Source of the DNA: Squalus acanthias
Taxonomy: Eukaryota
Direction of reading: 5' to 3'
Length of the DNA stretch: 64,000 nucleotides
Assembly: GCA_030390025.1 (NCBI GenBank)
Contig: CM059431.1
Coordinates: 140,990,001 to 141,054,000, forward strand
This document shows, in pieces, positions 51,421-63,564 of this stretch; the stretch's first letter is position 1; the number at the start of each line of letters is the position of its first letter. The notes under the pieces are model-generated. The model made no database searches. It was given only the letters and a program-made list of their open reading frames with translations, and was not told the DNA's origin. Position numbers and translations under genes: made by a program.

Positions 51421-52995
51421 GCGGTGATGTCAATTTAGGCTTTGTGAATTGCTGTGGATAGTACGTACTGTTGCTGGACAGGGTGGATACTAAGGACTTA
51501 TAACCAAGCACAATATTTGGTCTAAGAAGACGCCGAGCTTTATGAGTGCAGTTGTGGGTGTGTCCGTTTAAGACAAGTGTGGATGGGGAGGTGTCACAGT
51601 ATTGCTTAAAGAAACAGTTACAGCTGTGAGGAGGGATGATATAAGAACATAAGAACATAAGGACATAAGAAGTAAGAGCAGGAGTAGGCCTTACAGCCCC
51701 TAGAGCCTGCTCCACCATTCAATAAGATCATGGCTGATCATCGACATCAACTCCAATTCCCCGCCTGATCTCCATATCCCTTGATTCCCCGAGAGTCCAA
51801 AAATGTAACTATCTCTGCCTTGAATATATGCAAAGACTCAGCATTCACAGCCGTGTGGGGCAGATAATTCCAAAGATTCAAAACCCTCTGAGTGATGACA
51901 TTCCTCCTCATCTGAGTCTTAAATGACCTTCCCCTTATCCTGAGACAATGTCCCCAAGTTCTAGACACTCCAGTCAGGGGAAACAACCTCTCAGCATCTA
52001 CCATGTCAATCCCCTTCAGGACCGTCTATGTTTTAATGTGATCAGCTCTCATTCTTCTAAACTCCAGAGAGTATAGGCCAATTCTACTCAGTCTCTCATC
52101 ATAGGACAGCCCTCGCATCCCAAGAATCAATCTAGTGAACCTTTGCTGCACCGCCTCCAAGGCAAGTATATCCTTCCTTAGATAAGGAGACCAGAACAGT
52201 GCACAGTACACCAGGTGTGGTCTCACCAAGACCCTGTACAATTGTAGCAAGACTTCCTTACTCTTATACCTCAGCCACCTTGTAATAAATGCCAACATGC
52301 CATTTGCTTTCCTTATTGCTTCCTATACCTGCCTGCTAGCTGTCTTTGTTTCTTGCACGAGGACACACAAATCTCTCTGAACACCGACGTATGAAAGTTT
52401 CTCACCATTTAAAAATATTCTGTTTTTCTATTCTTTCTACCAAAGTGAATAAACTCACATTTCCCTACATTATATTCCATCTGCCACCCCACTGCCCACT
52501 CACTTAGTCTATCTTTATCCCTTTGCAGGCACGTTGTTTCCTCCTCAGAGCTTACTGTCCCACATATCTTTGTATCATCAGCAAACTTGGATACATTACA
52601 TTCGGTCCCTTCATCTAGGTCATTAATATAGATTGTAAATATCTGAGGCCCCAACACTGCTCCTTGCGGCACCCCACTAGTTACAACCTTAAAAAGATCA
52701 GTTTATCCCAACTTTCTGTTTTCTGTCCGTTAACCAATCCACTATCCAGTCCACTAAATTATCCCAAACCCATGAGCCCTAATCTTGTGTAATAATCTAT
52801 TGTGTGGCACCTTATCGAATGCCTTTTGGAAATGCTAATATACTACATCCTCTGGCTCCCCTTTATCTACCCTGATAGTTACATCCAAAACACTGTAATC
52901 AATTTGTCAATCATGATTTCCCTTTCATAAAACCATGTAGACTCTTCCTAATTATGTTATGACACCAGGTTATAGTCCAAAAGCTTTATTTGAAA

Positions 52996-53032
52996 TCACA
53001 AGCTTTCGGAGCGCTGCTCCTTCGTCAGGTGA
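52996..53032 (-). ncRNA. Minimal type I hammerhead ribozyme motif, canonical core
   Basis: Exact reverse complement of 53235-53271. Confidence 0.85.
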
Positions 53033-53234
53033 AGTGCAGAAATAAAATGGGCACAGCATATATAGACAGAGAACAATGGCTGTGCAGAGAACAATGCCAG
53101 ACGACTACAGTTAATCTTTCTAACTGCCCTTTATCAGGGCTGTTAGAAAGATTAACTGCAGTCGTCTGGCATTGTTCTCTGCATAGACATTGTTCTCTGT
53201 CTATATATGCTGTGGCCAATTCTATTTCTTCACT

Positions 53235-53271
53235 TCACCTGACGAAGGAGCAGCGCTCCGAAAGCTTGTGA
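53235..53271 (+). ncRNA. Minimal type I hammerhead ribozyme motif, canonical core
   Basis: TCAC-CTGACGA-a-GGAGC-agc-GCTCC-GAAA-GCTT-GTGA: helix I TCAC/GTGA, helix II GGAGC/GCTCC, palindromic AAGCTT helix III, predicted cut after CUU. Confidence 0.85.
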
Positions 53272-53709
53272 TTTCAAATAAAGCTGTTGGACTATAACCT
53301 GGTGTTGTGCGACTTCTCACTTTTATCCACCCCAGTCCAACACCGGCATCTCCGTATCATAATTATCTTATGATTTTCTAAGTGACTTGATACCGCTTCC
53401 TTAACAATGGATTCCAGCATTTTCCCGACGACTGATATCAGGCTGACTGGCCTGTATTTCCCTGTTCTTTTCTCCCTCCTTTCTTGAATAGCAGTGTTAC
53501 ATTTGCGACCTTTCAATCTGCTGGGACCTCTCCAGAATCTAGGGAATTTTTGAAGATCAAAACCAATGCATCCACTATCTCTACAGCCACCTCTTTTAGA
53601 ACCCTAGGATGTTGGCCGTCAGATCCAAGGGATTTGTCGGCTTTTAGTCAGATAAATTTCTCAAGTACTTTCCTCTACTTATATTAATTACATTAAGTTC
53701 CTCACCATA

Positions 53710-55240
53710 TGTTCATATGTCAGATGGATCCTCAAATGAGGCCGTATGCTTTGAACTAAAGATTTAAAAGGGCAATCACACTGCAGGGAATATAATATAG
53801 ACCCCCAAATAGTCAGAGGGAGTTAGAAGAGCAAATATGTTGTCACATTTCTGAGAAGTGCAAAAGCAATAGGACAGTAATAGGAGGGGATTTCAACTAA
53901 ATCTGATAGAATTAGTGTAAAAGATAGAGAGGGTGCAGAATTCTTCAAATAAATTCAGGCTTACTTTTTTAGCCAGTACGTAGCATGGCCAACAAGACAG
54001 GGGTGGTTCTGAACTTAGTTTTAGGGAATGTTGCTCTGCAGGTGAAAGGGACATCAGTAGGTAAAATGTTGGTGGTTATGATTATAATTTAGTTAGCTTT
54101 AGCCTAGTTATGGAAAAGGACGGTGATATACCATGAGTAAAGGTTTACAATTGGCGAAAGGCCATTTTTATAAGCTGTGATATGGTTTAGGAGAACAGCT
54201 GTGAACAGCTACTTGAAGGTAAATCAGTGTCAGAGCATTGGGGGGCATTCAAGGAGGAAATAGTGAGGGTTCCGAGCAAATATGTACCGACAAAGAAAAA
54301 GGTTGGGACTCCCAAATCTAGAGCTCCCTGAATGTCAAGGGACATACAGGGTAGGATAAGGCAATAAAGGGAAGCTTTTGTCAAATACCGAGAGCTTAAT
54401 ACTGCAGAAATATAGAGGAGTATAGAAAGTACCGGGGGTAAATTAAAAAGGAAATTAGGAAAGCAAAGAGAGATCATGAAAAAATATTGGCAATTAAAAT
54501 TAAGGAAAACCCAAAGATATTTTATAAATACATTAAGAACAAGAGAATAACTAAGGCAAGATTAGGCCCTATTAGAGACCCGATAGGTAAGTTGTGTGTG
54601 CAGGCTGAAGACTTGGGTATGGTTGTTCATTTGCGTCAGTCTTCACAAAAGAGAGCAACGATGCAGAAATGTATTTAAGGAGCAGGAGTGTGAAATATTA
54701 AATAAGATAAACATAGTGAGAAAGGTGTTTAGGATATTTGAAAGTTGATGAATATCCAGGCCTGGATGAAATGGATCACAGGGTATCAACAGAAGCAAGA
54801 GAGGAAATAGCGGAGGCTCTGACCATCATTTTCCAATCCTCTCTGGCTAAAGATGTGGTGCCGGAGGACTGGAGGCTGCTAACGTTGTATCGTTGGTTAA
54901 AAGGGGAGAAAAGGATAGACCGAGCAATTGCAGGCCAGTCAGCCTAACCGCGGTGAATGGGCGAATAATTGGTAAAAATTCTGTGGGACAGTATTAATCG
55001 TCATCTAGAAAGGCACGGATTAATCAAGGACAGTTAACATGAATTTGTTAAGGGAAGGTCGTGCCTGTCTAACTTGATTGTTTTTTTTGAGGAGGCAACA
55101 AGGAGGGTCGGTGAAGTTAGCGTGTTTGAAGTAGTCTACATGGATTTTAGCAAGGCTTTCGAGAAGGTCTAACATGGCAGGTTTGTGAGAAAAGTAAAAT
55201 CCCATGGGATCGAAGGGAAAGTGGCAAGTATTGAATCTCA
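53710..55240 (+). mobile_element. Old degenerate CR1 (APE to RT)
   Basis: TATAGACCCCCAAATAGT, GGGGATTTCAACT, IKENPKIFYKYIKNKR, ATGGATTTTAGCAAGGCTTT. Confidence 0.8.
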
Positions 55241-55333
55241 ACTATTCAATAGCTTTGAACTACTACACAAACAAACGGCAATCTCGCTACATTTAAAGAC
55301 TATAATTGTGCTCAGTATATTCCGGATCCTTAC

Positions 55334-55393
55334 CTTGTGCTGCGGTCCCTGATTCTGGTTCCAGAGAGTCCGGGTAAGTTAGCGCTGTGAGTT
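55334..55393 (-). CDS. Candidate 60-bp micro-exon (ELTALTYPDSLEPESGTAAQ)
   Basis: ttaacctgcag|AA ... CAAG|gtaagg; phase 1-1, open. Confidence 0.58.
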
Positions 55394-56889
55394 CTGCAGG
55401 TTAATGAACATACCCTGGGTAAAGATCAGTTACATCTTACAGTCATAAACACCACCTTCAGCCTGATCAGTACAATCCCTCCCCACCCTGTTCACTGGTG
55501 CAGGACCCGATCAGAATCACACATGGTCGCATTCAGTTTAAATTGTTCTGATAAATTACTGATCTTTTATCAAAAGTGATTAATCCTCTGTGTGGGAACA
55601 ATGACTACATTTCCCCACAGCTCTTCCATCTGCGGTTCAGAGGACCCCGCAGTGAAACCGTGTTCTGTAGCGGGAATCAGTTTCAGATCCTCAGTTAGAT
55701 TTCATTGTTCACCATAACATTTCTTTATCATCGGACAAAGATTGCAAGTGACAAAGTTCGGTAATAATATTCTCCAGAAAATAGTCTCTAGTTAATGAAT
55801 AACAGTCTGGGCCTTGATGATGGAGTTCAGACCCATGAGTATCAAGCTCCGGGTTTCAGTAGGTGGAACTGAATCAGCCAATGTCTACGGCAAACAAGTG
55901 AAAATCTGCTTCATCGGCTTGTTAACTATTAATGGTCGTGATGTAATTTCACATTTTGTTTTAGTATTCTTTTAGCAGTCTGACAGCGGATTACATTTAT
56001 TATGAGACTGGGAACCTCTGAACATTAATTCACTTGCTAACCAGCACTTGTATTTAATATAAATATTAAAAGTTCAGGCTACCTCTTGGGACTGCTCCGT
56101 GTCTCAATCCCATTCCTGCTTCTCTGTGCTGCCTCTCCCCGTCTGTTTACAGCTCCCGCTGCTCGGTGTCTGAAATTCCCCCCTTTTACCTGTCTGTTCC
56201 CCCACCGATTATATGCCTGACCTTTAATGTTTGTTTCCCAAACCCACCGATTCCATTTCTGTATTTCTCCCTATTTCATTCCATCAGCTCTATGTCTGAT
56301 TCTGTCGTAACTTCCCTTCCCCAGATCCACTGTCCATCTCACCTACTCCGTGCCTCAGTTTCTCTCTGCATCTTTAACCGGCTTCAACTCTACAACCTTC
56401 CTCCAGCTCTAACTACCTCCAACTAACTCTTCATTTCTTCCCCCACCTGATGTAATACTAATTTTAACCTCGTCCTTCCTTTCCTCCCGCACCGTTACCG
56501 ACCTTCCCACATCCTTTCGCTCCTTTGCTCTATTTCTGACTCTCCCTCTCCTTTCCTTTCCACCTGCCCCATGTCGGATTACCTTCCCTGCATCATTTCC
56601 CATCCTGCTGCATGTCTGATTCTCCATCCACCACAAATAATAAATCAAATCTATTAGAAGTACTTCCGAGTCATACTCAGTCTACGCATAATCCAAAAAT
56701 CCATCCCATGATATCTTCACCGAATGTTGGTACAAGTTCGAGAAATGCTGCTTATTAGAATGAACCAGCATTAACCAGCTGGCTAATGTTTTCACCAATA
56801 TTCTTTTCTGGTTGCCTGCACATCTCCCTGATAAAAATTCCACTTGTGGTATTTTCTCTATTTTGTCGATTCATTAGGTTCGATCTCAT

Positions 56890-58080
56890 TCTAAATTTCA
56901 GTACAGCCCTTGTTCTTGTTTCTCCGATCAGACGAAATGGTTTCTCTCTATCAACCCTATCGAATCTTTTTCACATTTTAAGCACCTCGGTCAGATCATC
57001 CCTCAATCTTCTAAACTCAAGCGAATACAAACCGACTTTATGCAAACTGTCAATCTGACTACATGCCATTGATCCCCACTCTTTATCCTAACTCTATAAC
57101 AATTTCTACCCCAAGTTAAAAGATTTTCGACATTTCAAGCGCTCTCATTTTCTCAATTACTTCGGTGTGTAACCAGATCAACTGTCTTCTGCAAGACCAC
57201 ATAGATAACATCCATAGGCACTCGGTTGCCTACCTTATAAGTGATCTCAAAATATTGAACTAGATTAGTTAGACATGAATGACCTTGAATAAAACCATGC
57301 TGGTTCTCTGATCAGCTCATTTTGCTCAAATGCTCAGTCACTCGATCCTTAATGACCGATTCTAGTAGCTTCCCCTCAACCGACGTTAAACTAACATGCA
57401 TGTAGTTCCCTAAATTTCTATCTCACCCATCTTAAATAGTGTAGTGACGATAGCAATTTCCAGTCTAACGGCACAATTCCCGAATCAAGAAAGCTTTGAA
57501 GGATTGTAACTAACGCTTCTGCAATTTCCACCCTACTTCTTTTAATAACTTTGGCTGGAAATCATCAGGTCCTCGAGATGTATCTATCCAAACTTCCAAT
57601 ATTTTCTCCATCAACATTTTTACAATTATGTACACAGCAAATTCCTCTCCTTGACTTATTTTTATTCTGCCTTCTCTCACGGGCATTTTGTCCTTTTCAT
57701 CTACTGTGAAAACTGACACAAAGTATTCGTTAAATAAATCTGCTGTTACCTTGTTAGATATTACCGTAGAATCCATGTCTGTCTTTAATGGGCCACATCT
57801 CCCTCAGCCACTCTCTTAATATTAATATATTTAGACGAATTTTCACTATTTGCTTTTATATCACTTCCAACGTGTTTACGTATTCCCTTTTCGCGGCTCT
57901 CAATACTTTCTTTGTATCCTTTGTTGTTTTCTGTGTTTCCCCCAGTCCTCTGGATTACCGCTTTTCTTGACACAAGTGTGAGTCACTTCCTTTAGCTTTA
58001 TACTGCATCTCACCACACATGCAGACCATGGTTGTTTGAATGTACAAGTGAAATTTTACCTCCTTAGGGATATGTTTTCG
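56890..58080 (-). mobile_element. Old degenerate CR1 fragments
   Basis: ADLFNEYFVSVFT..GPDDFQPKLLKEV (ORF 57510..57776). Confidence 0.75.
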
Positions 58081-58636
58081 ATGACCAGCAATGTCCTATC
58101 CACAAAATTAAAGACAGACGGAATCAGGCCAATTGCCGCCACACCAGCCACCCCACACTGATCAGCAGAGTGACGGATGGACTCATCAATAGCGGGACCG
58201 TAACTCGCCTCGACAACAAGTCTGCATTTGGCTCGGTTTGGCCACAATGAATCCCAGCATCCTAAGGTCAATGTTGTTCAAAGAGGAAATTTTCCGTGGC
58301 TGGATATATTGGATTTCAGTGATGGTCCGGGGCTGTATTTTATGTTCAAAAGTCTTGATCTCTAACTGTTTATTCAAAATCGTGTCATAAACTAGAAATC
58401 TATTTCAATAATATTTGCAACAGCAGAATGTTAATTTCTGAGGTTACTTTTGGAAGTTTTATTCTGTTAAATGTCGCTGCTGCAATTTCTAAAAAATAAA
58501 ACAATGATTTCTTACCTGACCCAATGTTGATATCTCAACTTTTCACTGATTGAACTACTCCACCAGTAAATGGCACTGGGTCAGTTCTGCTACAATAAAA
58601 CACTACAATGGTGCTCAGTATATATCGGGTCCTTAC

Positions 58637-58696
58637 CTTGTGCTGCGGTCCCTTATTCTGGTTCCAGAGAGTCCGGGTAAGTCAACATTGTGGGTT
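58637..58696 (-). pseudogene. Inactivated copy of the 60-bp micro-exon
   Basis: Donor CAAG|gtaagg is kept, but the acceptor ctgcag has become ctgtct and codon TCA has become TAA (..PDSLEPE*). Confidence 0.65.
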
Positions 58697-59649
58697 AGAC
58701 AGTTTAATGAACACACCCTGGGTAAAGATCAGTTACACAGCACAGTCCTAAGCCCGACCTTCAGCCTGATCAGTACAATCCCTCACCGACCTGTTCTCTG
58801 GTACAGGGCTCGATCTGAATCACACACAGTCTCATTCTGTTTGAATTGTTCTGATGAATTACTGATCTTTTACCCAAAGTAATTGATCATTTCTTTGGTA
58901 AAAATGATTTCATTTCCCCCATCTCTTCCATCTGCGGTTCAGAAGACCCCGCAGGGAAACCGCGTTCTGTATCCCGATTCATATCCGTGACCTCAATTCG
59001 ATTATATTGCTCACCATAAAACCTGTTTATTATCGGACTATGAAAGGGCACAGATAGATAGGGACAAAGATCGCTGTTAGTTTCCTGGAATCAAATACCA
59101 TAGGGAAGGGCACAGTGAGCTCTTTGTGTTAACACAACACACTTCTTTGGAATTATCTTAAGTTAGGATTTTATCTGTTTCTTTGTCCCGATTCAAATTC
59201 TGTGGGAATTAACTACATTCGGATCACAGCTCTATTGATCTCAGTGTTAGACGAAATATAATGTTAATCTGAGTTGGATACCCTAGATTTCTACAATTCC
59301 CGTCGCAGGAATAGTACAGGTTATTTTGCAGTGATGGTCAATTATTAACAATAGAGCAAGAATGATAAATTCCGGGAGATAGTCTCCAATTAATGCATAA
59401 CAGTCTCGGCCTTGAGCATCAGGCTGCGGCTTTCAATTACTGGAGCTGAATCAGTAAATGTGTGCGGTAAACAAGTGAATGTTCAGCATCGTTGGCTGGT
59501 TAACCTTCAAACACACACTGTTAATTTCCTCTTTCTATTTGATGTTTGATACCGGATCCAATTCATTGTGGGCCTGGCAAACTCTGAAAATTAAATTAAT
59601 TGGCCACTCGGTGCGTGTTAGGTCAACTGCTAAAAACAGATTCTGTCTA

Positions 59650-61915
59650 TTCATTAAAATGGAAAGTGAAGATTTCCAAACCGAAACTAGGGTCCTAAAT
59701 CTAAACAAAGGAAACTACGATGGTAGGAGGAGTGAGTTGGCTATGACAGATTGGGGAGCTTCATTATAAGGCATGACGGTGGATAGGCAATGGCTAGCAT
59801 TTAAGGAACGAATGCATGAATTTCAACAGTTATACGATCCTTTCTGGCGCAAAAACACAAAAGGAAAAGGGGCCCAACCTTGGATAACAAAAGAAATGAA
59901 GGATAGTATTAGATCCAAAGAGGAGTCATATAATTTTTGCCAGAAAAAGTTGCAAGCCTGAGGATTGGGAGCACTTTAGAGATCAGCAAGAATGAACAGG
60001 AGATTGATTAAGAGCGGGAAAATAGGGTAGGAGTTTAAACTTGCAAGGAACATGAAAGGGGATAAAAAGCTTCTACAAGTATGTAAAAAGAAAAAAGATT
60101 AGTGAAGACAAATGTAGTCCCCTTACAGTCAGAAATGGGAGAATGTATAATGGGGAACAAGGAAATGTTGGAGCAATTAAACAACTACTTTGGTTCTGTC
60201 TGCACGGAAGAGAGCACAAATAACTTCTCAGAAATGCTAGGAGACCAAGTGTCTAGTGAGAAGAATGAATTAAAGAAAATTAGTATTAGTAAAAAACTAG
60301 TGCTGGAGAAATTAATGGGACTGAAGCTGATAAATCCCCCGGGCCTGATAATCTGCATCCCAGAGTACTAAAAGAGGTAGCCATGGAAATAGTGGATGCA
60401 TTGGATGTCATCTTCCAAAATTCTATAGATTATGGAACAGTTCCTGCAGATTGGAGGTTGGTAAATGTAACCCCACTATTTCAAAAAGGAGGGAGAGAGA
60501 AAACAGGAAACTACAGACCGGTTAGCCTAACATCAGTAGTAGGGAAAATGCTAGAGTCTATTACAAAGGATGTGATGAAAGAGCACTTGGAAAATATCAA
60601 AGGGATTAGACAAAGTCAACATGGATTTATGAAAGGGAAGTCGTGTTTGAAAAACCTACTTGAGTTTTTTGAGGATGTAACTGTTACAATAGATAAGGGA
60701 GAACCAGTGGATGCGGTGTTTTTGGATTTTCAGAAGGCCTTTGATAAAGTCCCACATAAGAGGTTAGTGTGCAAAATTAAAGCACATGGGATTGGGGGTA
60801 ATATACGGGCATGGATTGAAAATTGGTTAACAGACAGGAAACAGAGAGTAGGAATAAATGGGTCTATTTCGGGGTGGCAGGCAGTGACTAGTGGGGTACT
60901 AGAGGGATCAGTGCTTCAGCACCAGCTATTCACAATATATATCAATGATTTGGATGAGGGAACCAAATGTAATATTGCCAGGTTTGCTGACGACACGAAA
61001 CTAGGTGTGATTGTGAGTTGTGAGGAGGATGCAAAGAGGCTTCAAGGTGATTTAGACAAGTTGAGTGTGTAGGCAAATACATGGCAGATGCAGTATAACT
61101 TGGATAAATATGAAGTTATCCACTTCGGTAGGAAAAACAGAAAGGTAGAGTATTATTCAAATGGTGATAGATTGGAAAATGCTAATGTACAAAGTGACGT
61201 GAATGTCCTTGTACATCAGTCGCTGAAAGCAAACATGCATGTGCAGCAAGCAATTAGGAAGGCAAATGGTATGTTGGCCTTCATTTCAAGAGGATTTGAG
61301 TACAGGAGCAAGGATGTCTTCCTATAGTTGTACAGCGCCTTGGTGAGACACAACCTGGAGTACTGTGTGCAGTTTTGGTCTCCTTACCTAAGAAAGGTAT
61401 GCTTGCAGAGAGGGAGTGCAGCGAAGGTTCACCAGACTGATCCCTGGGATGGCAGGACTGTCGTATGAGGAGAGATTGGTTCGGCTAGGCTTGTATTCAC
61501 TAGAGTTTAGAAGAAGGAGAGGGGCTCTCATTGATACGTATAAAATTCTGACAGGGCAAGACTGACTGGATGCAGGGAGGATGTTTCCCCTGGCTGTGAT
61601 ATCTAGAACGAGGGTTCACGATCTCAGGATACGGGGTAGGACATTTAGGACTGAGATGAGGAGACATTTCTTCACTCAGAGGGTAGTGAACCTGTGGAAT
61701 TCTCTACCACAGAAGGCTGTGGAGGCCAAGTCACTGAAAATATTTAAGAAGGAGATAGATAGATTTCTAGGCACAAAAGGCATCAAGGGGTATGGGGAGA
61801 GAGCGGGAATATGATATTGAGAGAGTGGATCAGCCATGATCATCTTGAATGGCGGGGCAGGCTCGAAAGGCCGAATGTCCTACTCCTGCTCCTATTTGTC
61901 AATGTTTCTATGATT
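59650..61915 (+). mobile_element. CR1 LINE, 5'-truncated, disrupted RT
   Basis: ORF 60383..61072 (NYRPVSLTS, FLDFQKAFDKVPH, RFADDT) and a CR1 tail at about 61900. Confidence 0.92.
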
Positions 61916-62934
61916 CTATCTACCCTGTCCCATCCGGCCATAATTGTAAATATATCTATCATATCGCTCCATAATATGTTTTGTTCTAATGAAAAAAAGG
62001 CCTCATTCCAAGTATTTGTTTGTAGTTGTTTTTCAGCTACCTGACAGTTTCCTGGTGAATCTGTTTTGTACAATGTCGAGAGGCTCAATATCATTCCTAA
62101 AGCATATAGCGCGATACTGCACACAGTACTCTAATGCTACAGGCATATCTGATGTTCTTCAATGCAAAGTTAATAATTAAAGGAGTTTTCCGGGTCACGG
62201 GGGTCACAAGGCAAAATATAATTTTTAACGAATTACTTCATTATCAGTGGCGGTATTTTTTTCTGAAGAAGTGAAAGGAGTGCGGCAAACTCATTCAATT
62301 ATTTCCAGGAGGATTGGATCTCCGGCGTTCTGAATGTTATTTAATACTGGTGTCATTAGTCTATCGCCCTCCAAAGTATATGTGGATACGGTGTCAAGAT
62401 GTAATTAGAGTGGGATGAGGCTCTCGTGCAGTATAAACACAGCATAGACCACTTGGGCCAAATGGACTGTTTCTCTGCTGCAGTTTCGATGTAATTCTAA
62501 TCTGCCCTGAACAAAGTCACGAACTACAGCCTCTGTGACTGTGACCATGGTATGTAAACCTGCCTTGTCCATCATTCACCTTTCCACAGCATTCGATATG
62601 GTCTCATCTGGCATCCTTTTCCATGTCATGGCCTCCATTGTCCATCCCATAAAACTGCTCCTCGTGCGCTTACTGTACTAGCTCCCAGATCGCAGATAGC
62701 AAATCTCCAGCAATGGGTTAACTATCGGCCTTCTATCTCTCTCGTAGGTCAATATTGAAACGACGATTATGTGTCCGGTGCATAGCAATCGATTACTGTA
62801 GCACTAGAGGCAGTTTTGATAGTTTCCATGTCAGAGCCAGAGTCAGAGTCAGAGCCAGAGCAATGGGCGGTGGATTCAAAGCTCTGTACTGAGATCGCCT
62901 CATCATGCACCTCCATTGACTAGGTGAGGCTGCA

Positions 62935-63562
62935 TCATAGAATCATAGTATGATACAGCACAGAAAGAGATAATTCGGCCCATCGTGCCTGTGCCGGCTC
63001 TTTGGAAAAGCTATCCAGTTATTACGACTGCCCCTCTCTTTCCACATAGCCCTGTAAATGTTTTGCCGTAAAGTATTAATCCAATTCTCGTTTGAATGTT
63101 GCTAGTGCAATTACTTCCACCACCCTTTCAATGCATTCCAGATCACAACAACTCGCTGTGTAACAGAATGTTTCCTCATGTTGTATCTCATTATTTTGCT
63201 ACTAACTTTATATCTGCGTCGTCTGTTTACCGACACTTCTGCCACAGGAAACAGTTTCTCTGCATTTACTCATCAAAAACATTCATGAATTTGAACACCT
63301 AAATGAAAACTCCTCTTAACTATCTCTGCTCTAAAGAGAACAAACCAGCTTCGCCAGTCTCTCCCAATAACTGAGGTCCCTCCTCCATGGTACAATTCTC
63401 TCAAATCTGTTCTGCATCGTCTCCAAGGCCTTGATATCCTTCCTAAAGTGCGGTGACCGGATGGAATACAATTCTCCAGCTGAGGCCGAACCAGTCTTCT
63501 TTAACGGATTAACTTAACTTCCTTGCTTGTATTCTCTATTCCTCTAGTAATAAATCCAAGGG
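62935..63562 (-). mobile_element. CR1-type 3' fragment
   Basis: CATAGAATCATAG tail and similarity to 36295-36920. Confidence 0.75.
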
Positions 63563-63564
63563 CA

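Larger units (their letters stand above)
52963..53359. mobile_element. Non-autonomous fold-back element, probably derived from a Penelope terminal repeat, with two hammerheads and a 14-bp TSD
   Basis: Inverted arms 52963-53130 and 53136-53304, loop TTATC, 55-bp unpaired 3' extension. Flanks are TAATTATGTTATGA (52949-52962) and TAATTATCTTATGA (53360-53373). Confidence 0.85.
51641..53705 (-). mobile_element. CR1 LINE 3' half, inserted into an older plus-strand CR1 (about 51500-51640 + 53710-55240)
   Basis: (AGAACATA)n tail at 51641; PQGAVLGP..KFADDT; LYRVLVRPHL. Confidence 0.9.

Noticed and set aside
52990..53271. 93-aa and 64-aa ORFs in the fold-back element
   Set aside because: By-products of the palindrome with no domain features; RNA structure explains the sequence better.
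55610..55676. Second micro-exon in the duplicated cassette (ctacag acceptor-like site; paralogs near 50655 and 58965)
   Set aside because: No conserved GT donor at an equivalent position across the copies.
62830..62862. (C/T)CAGAG hexamer run
   Set aside because: Ordinary short microsatellite.
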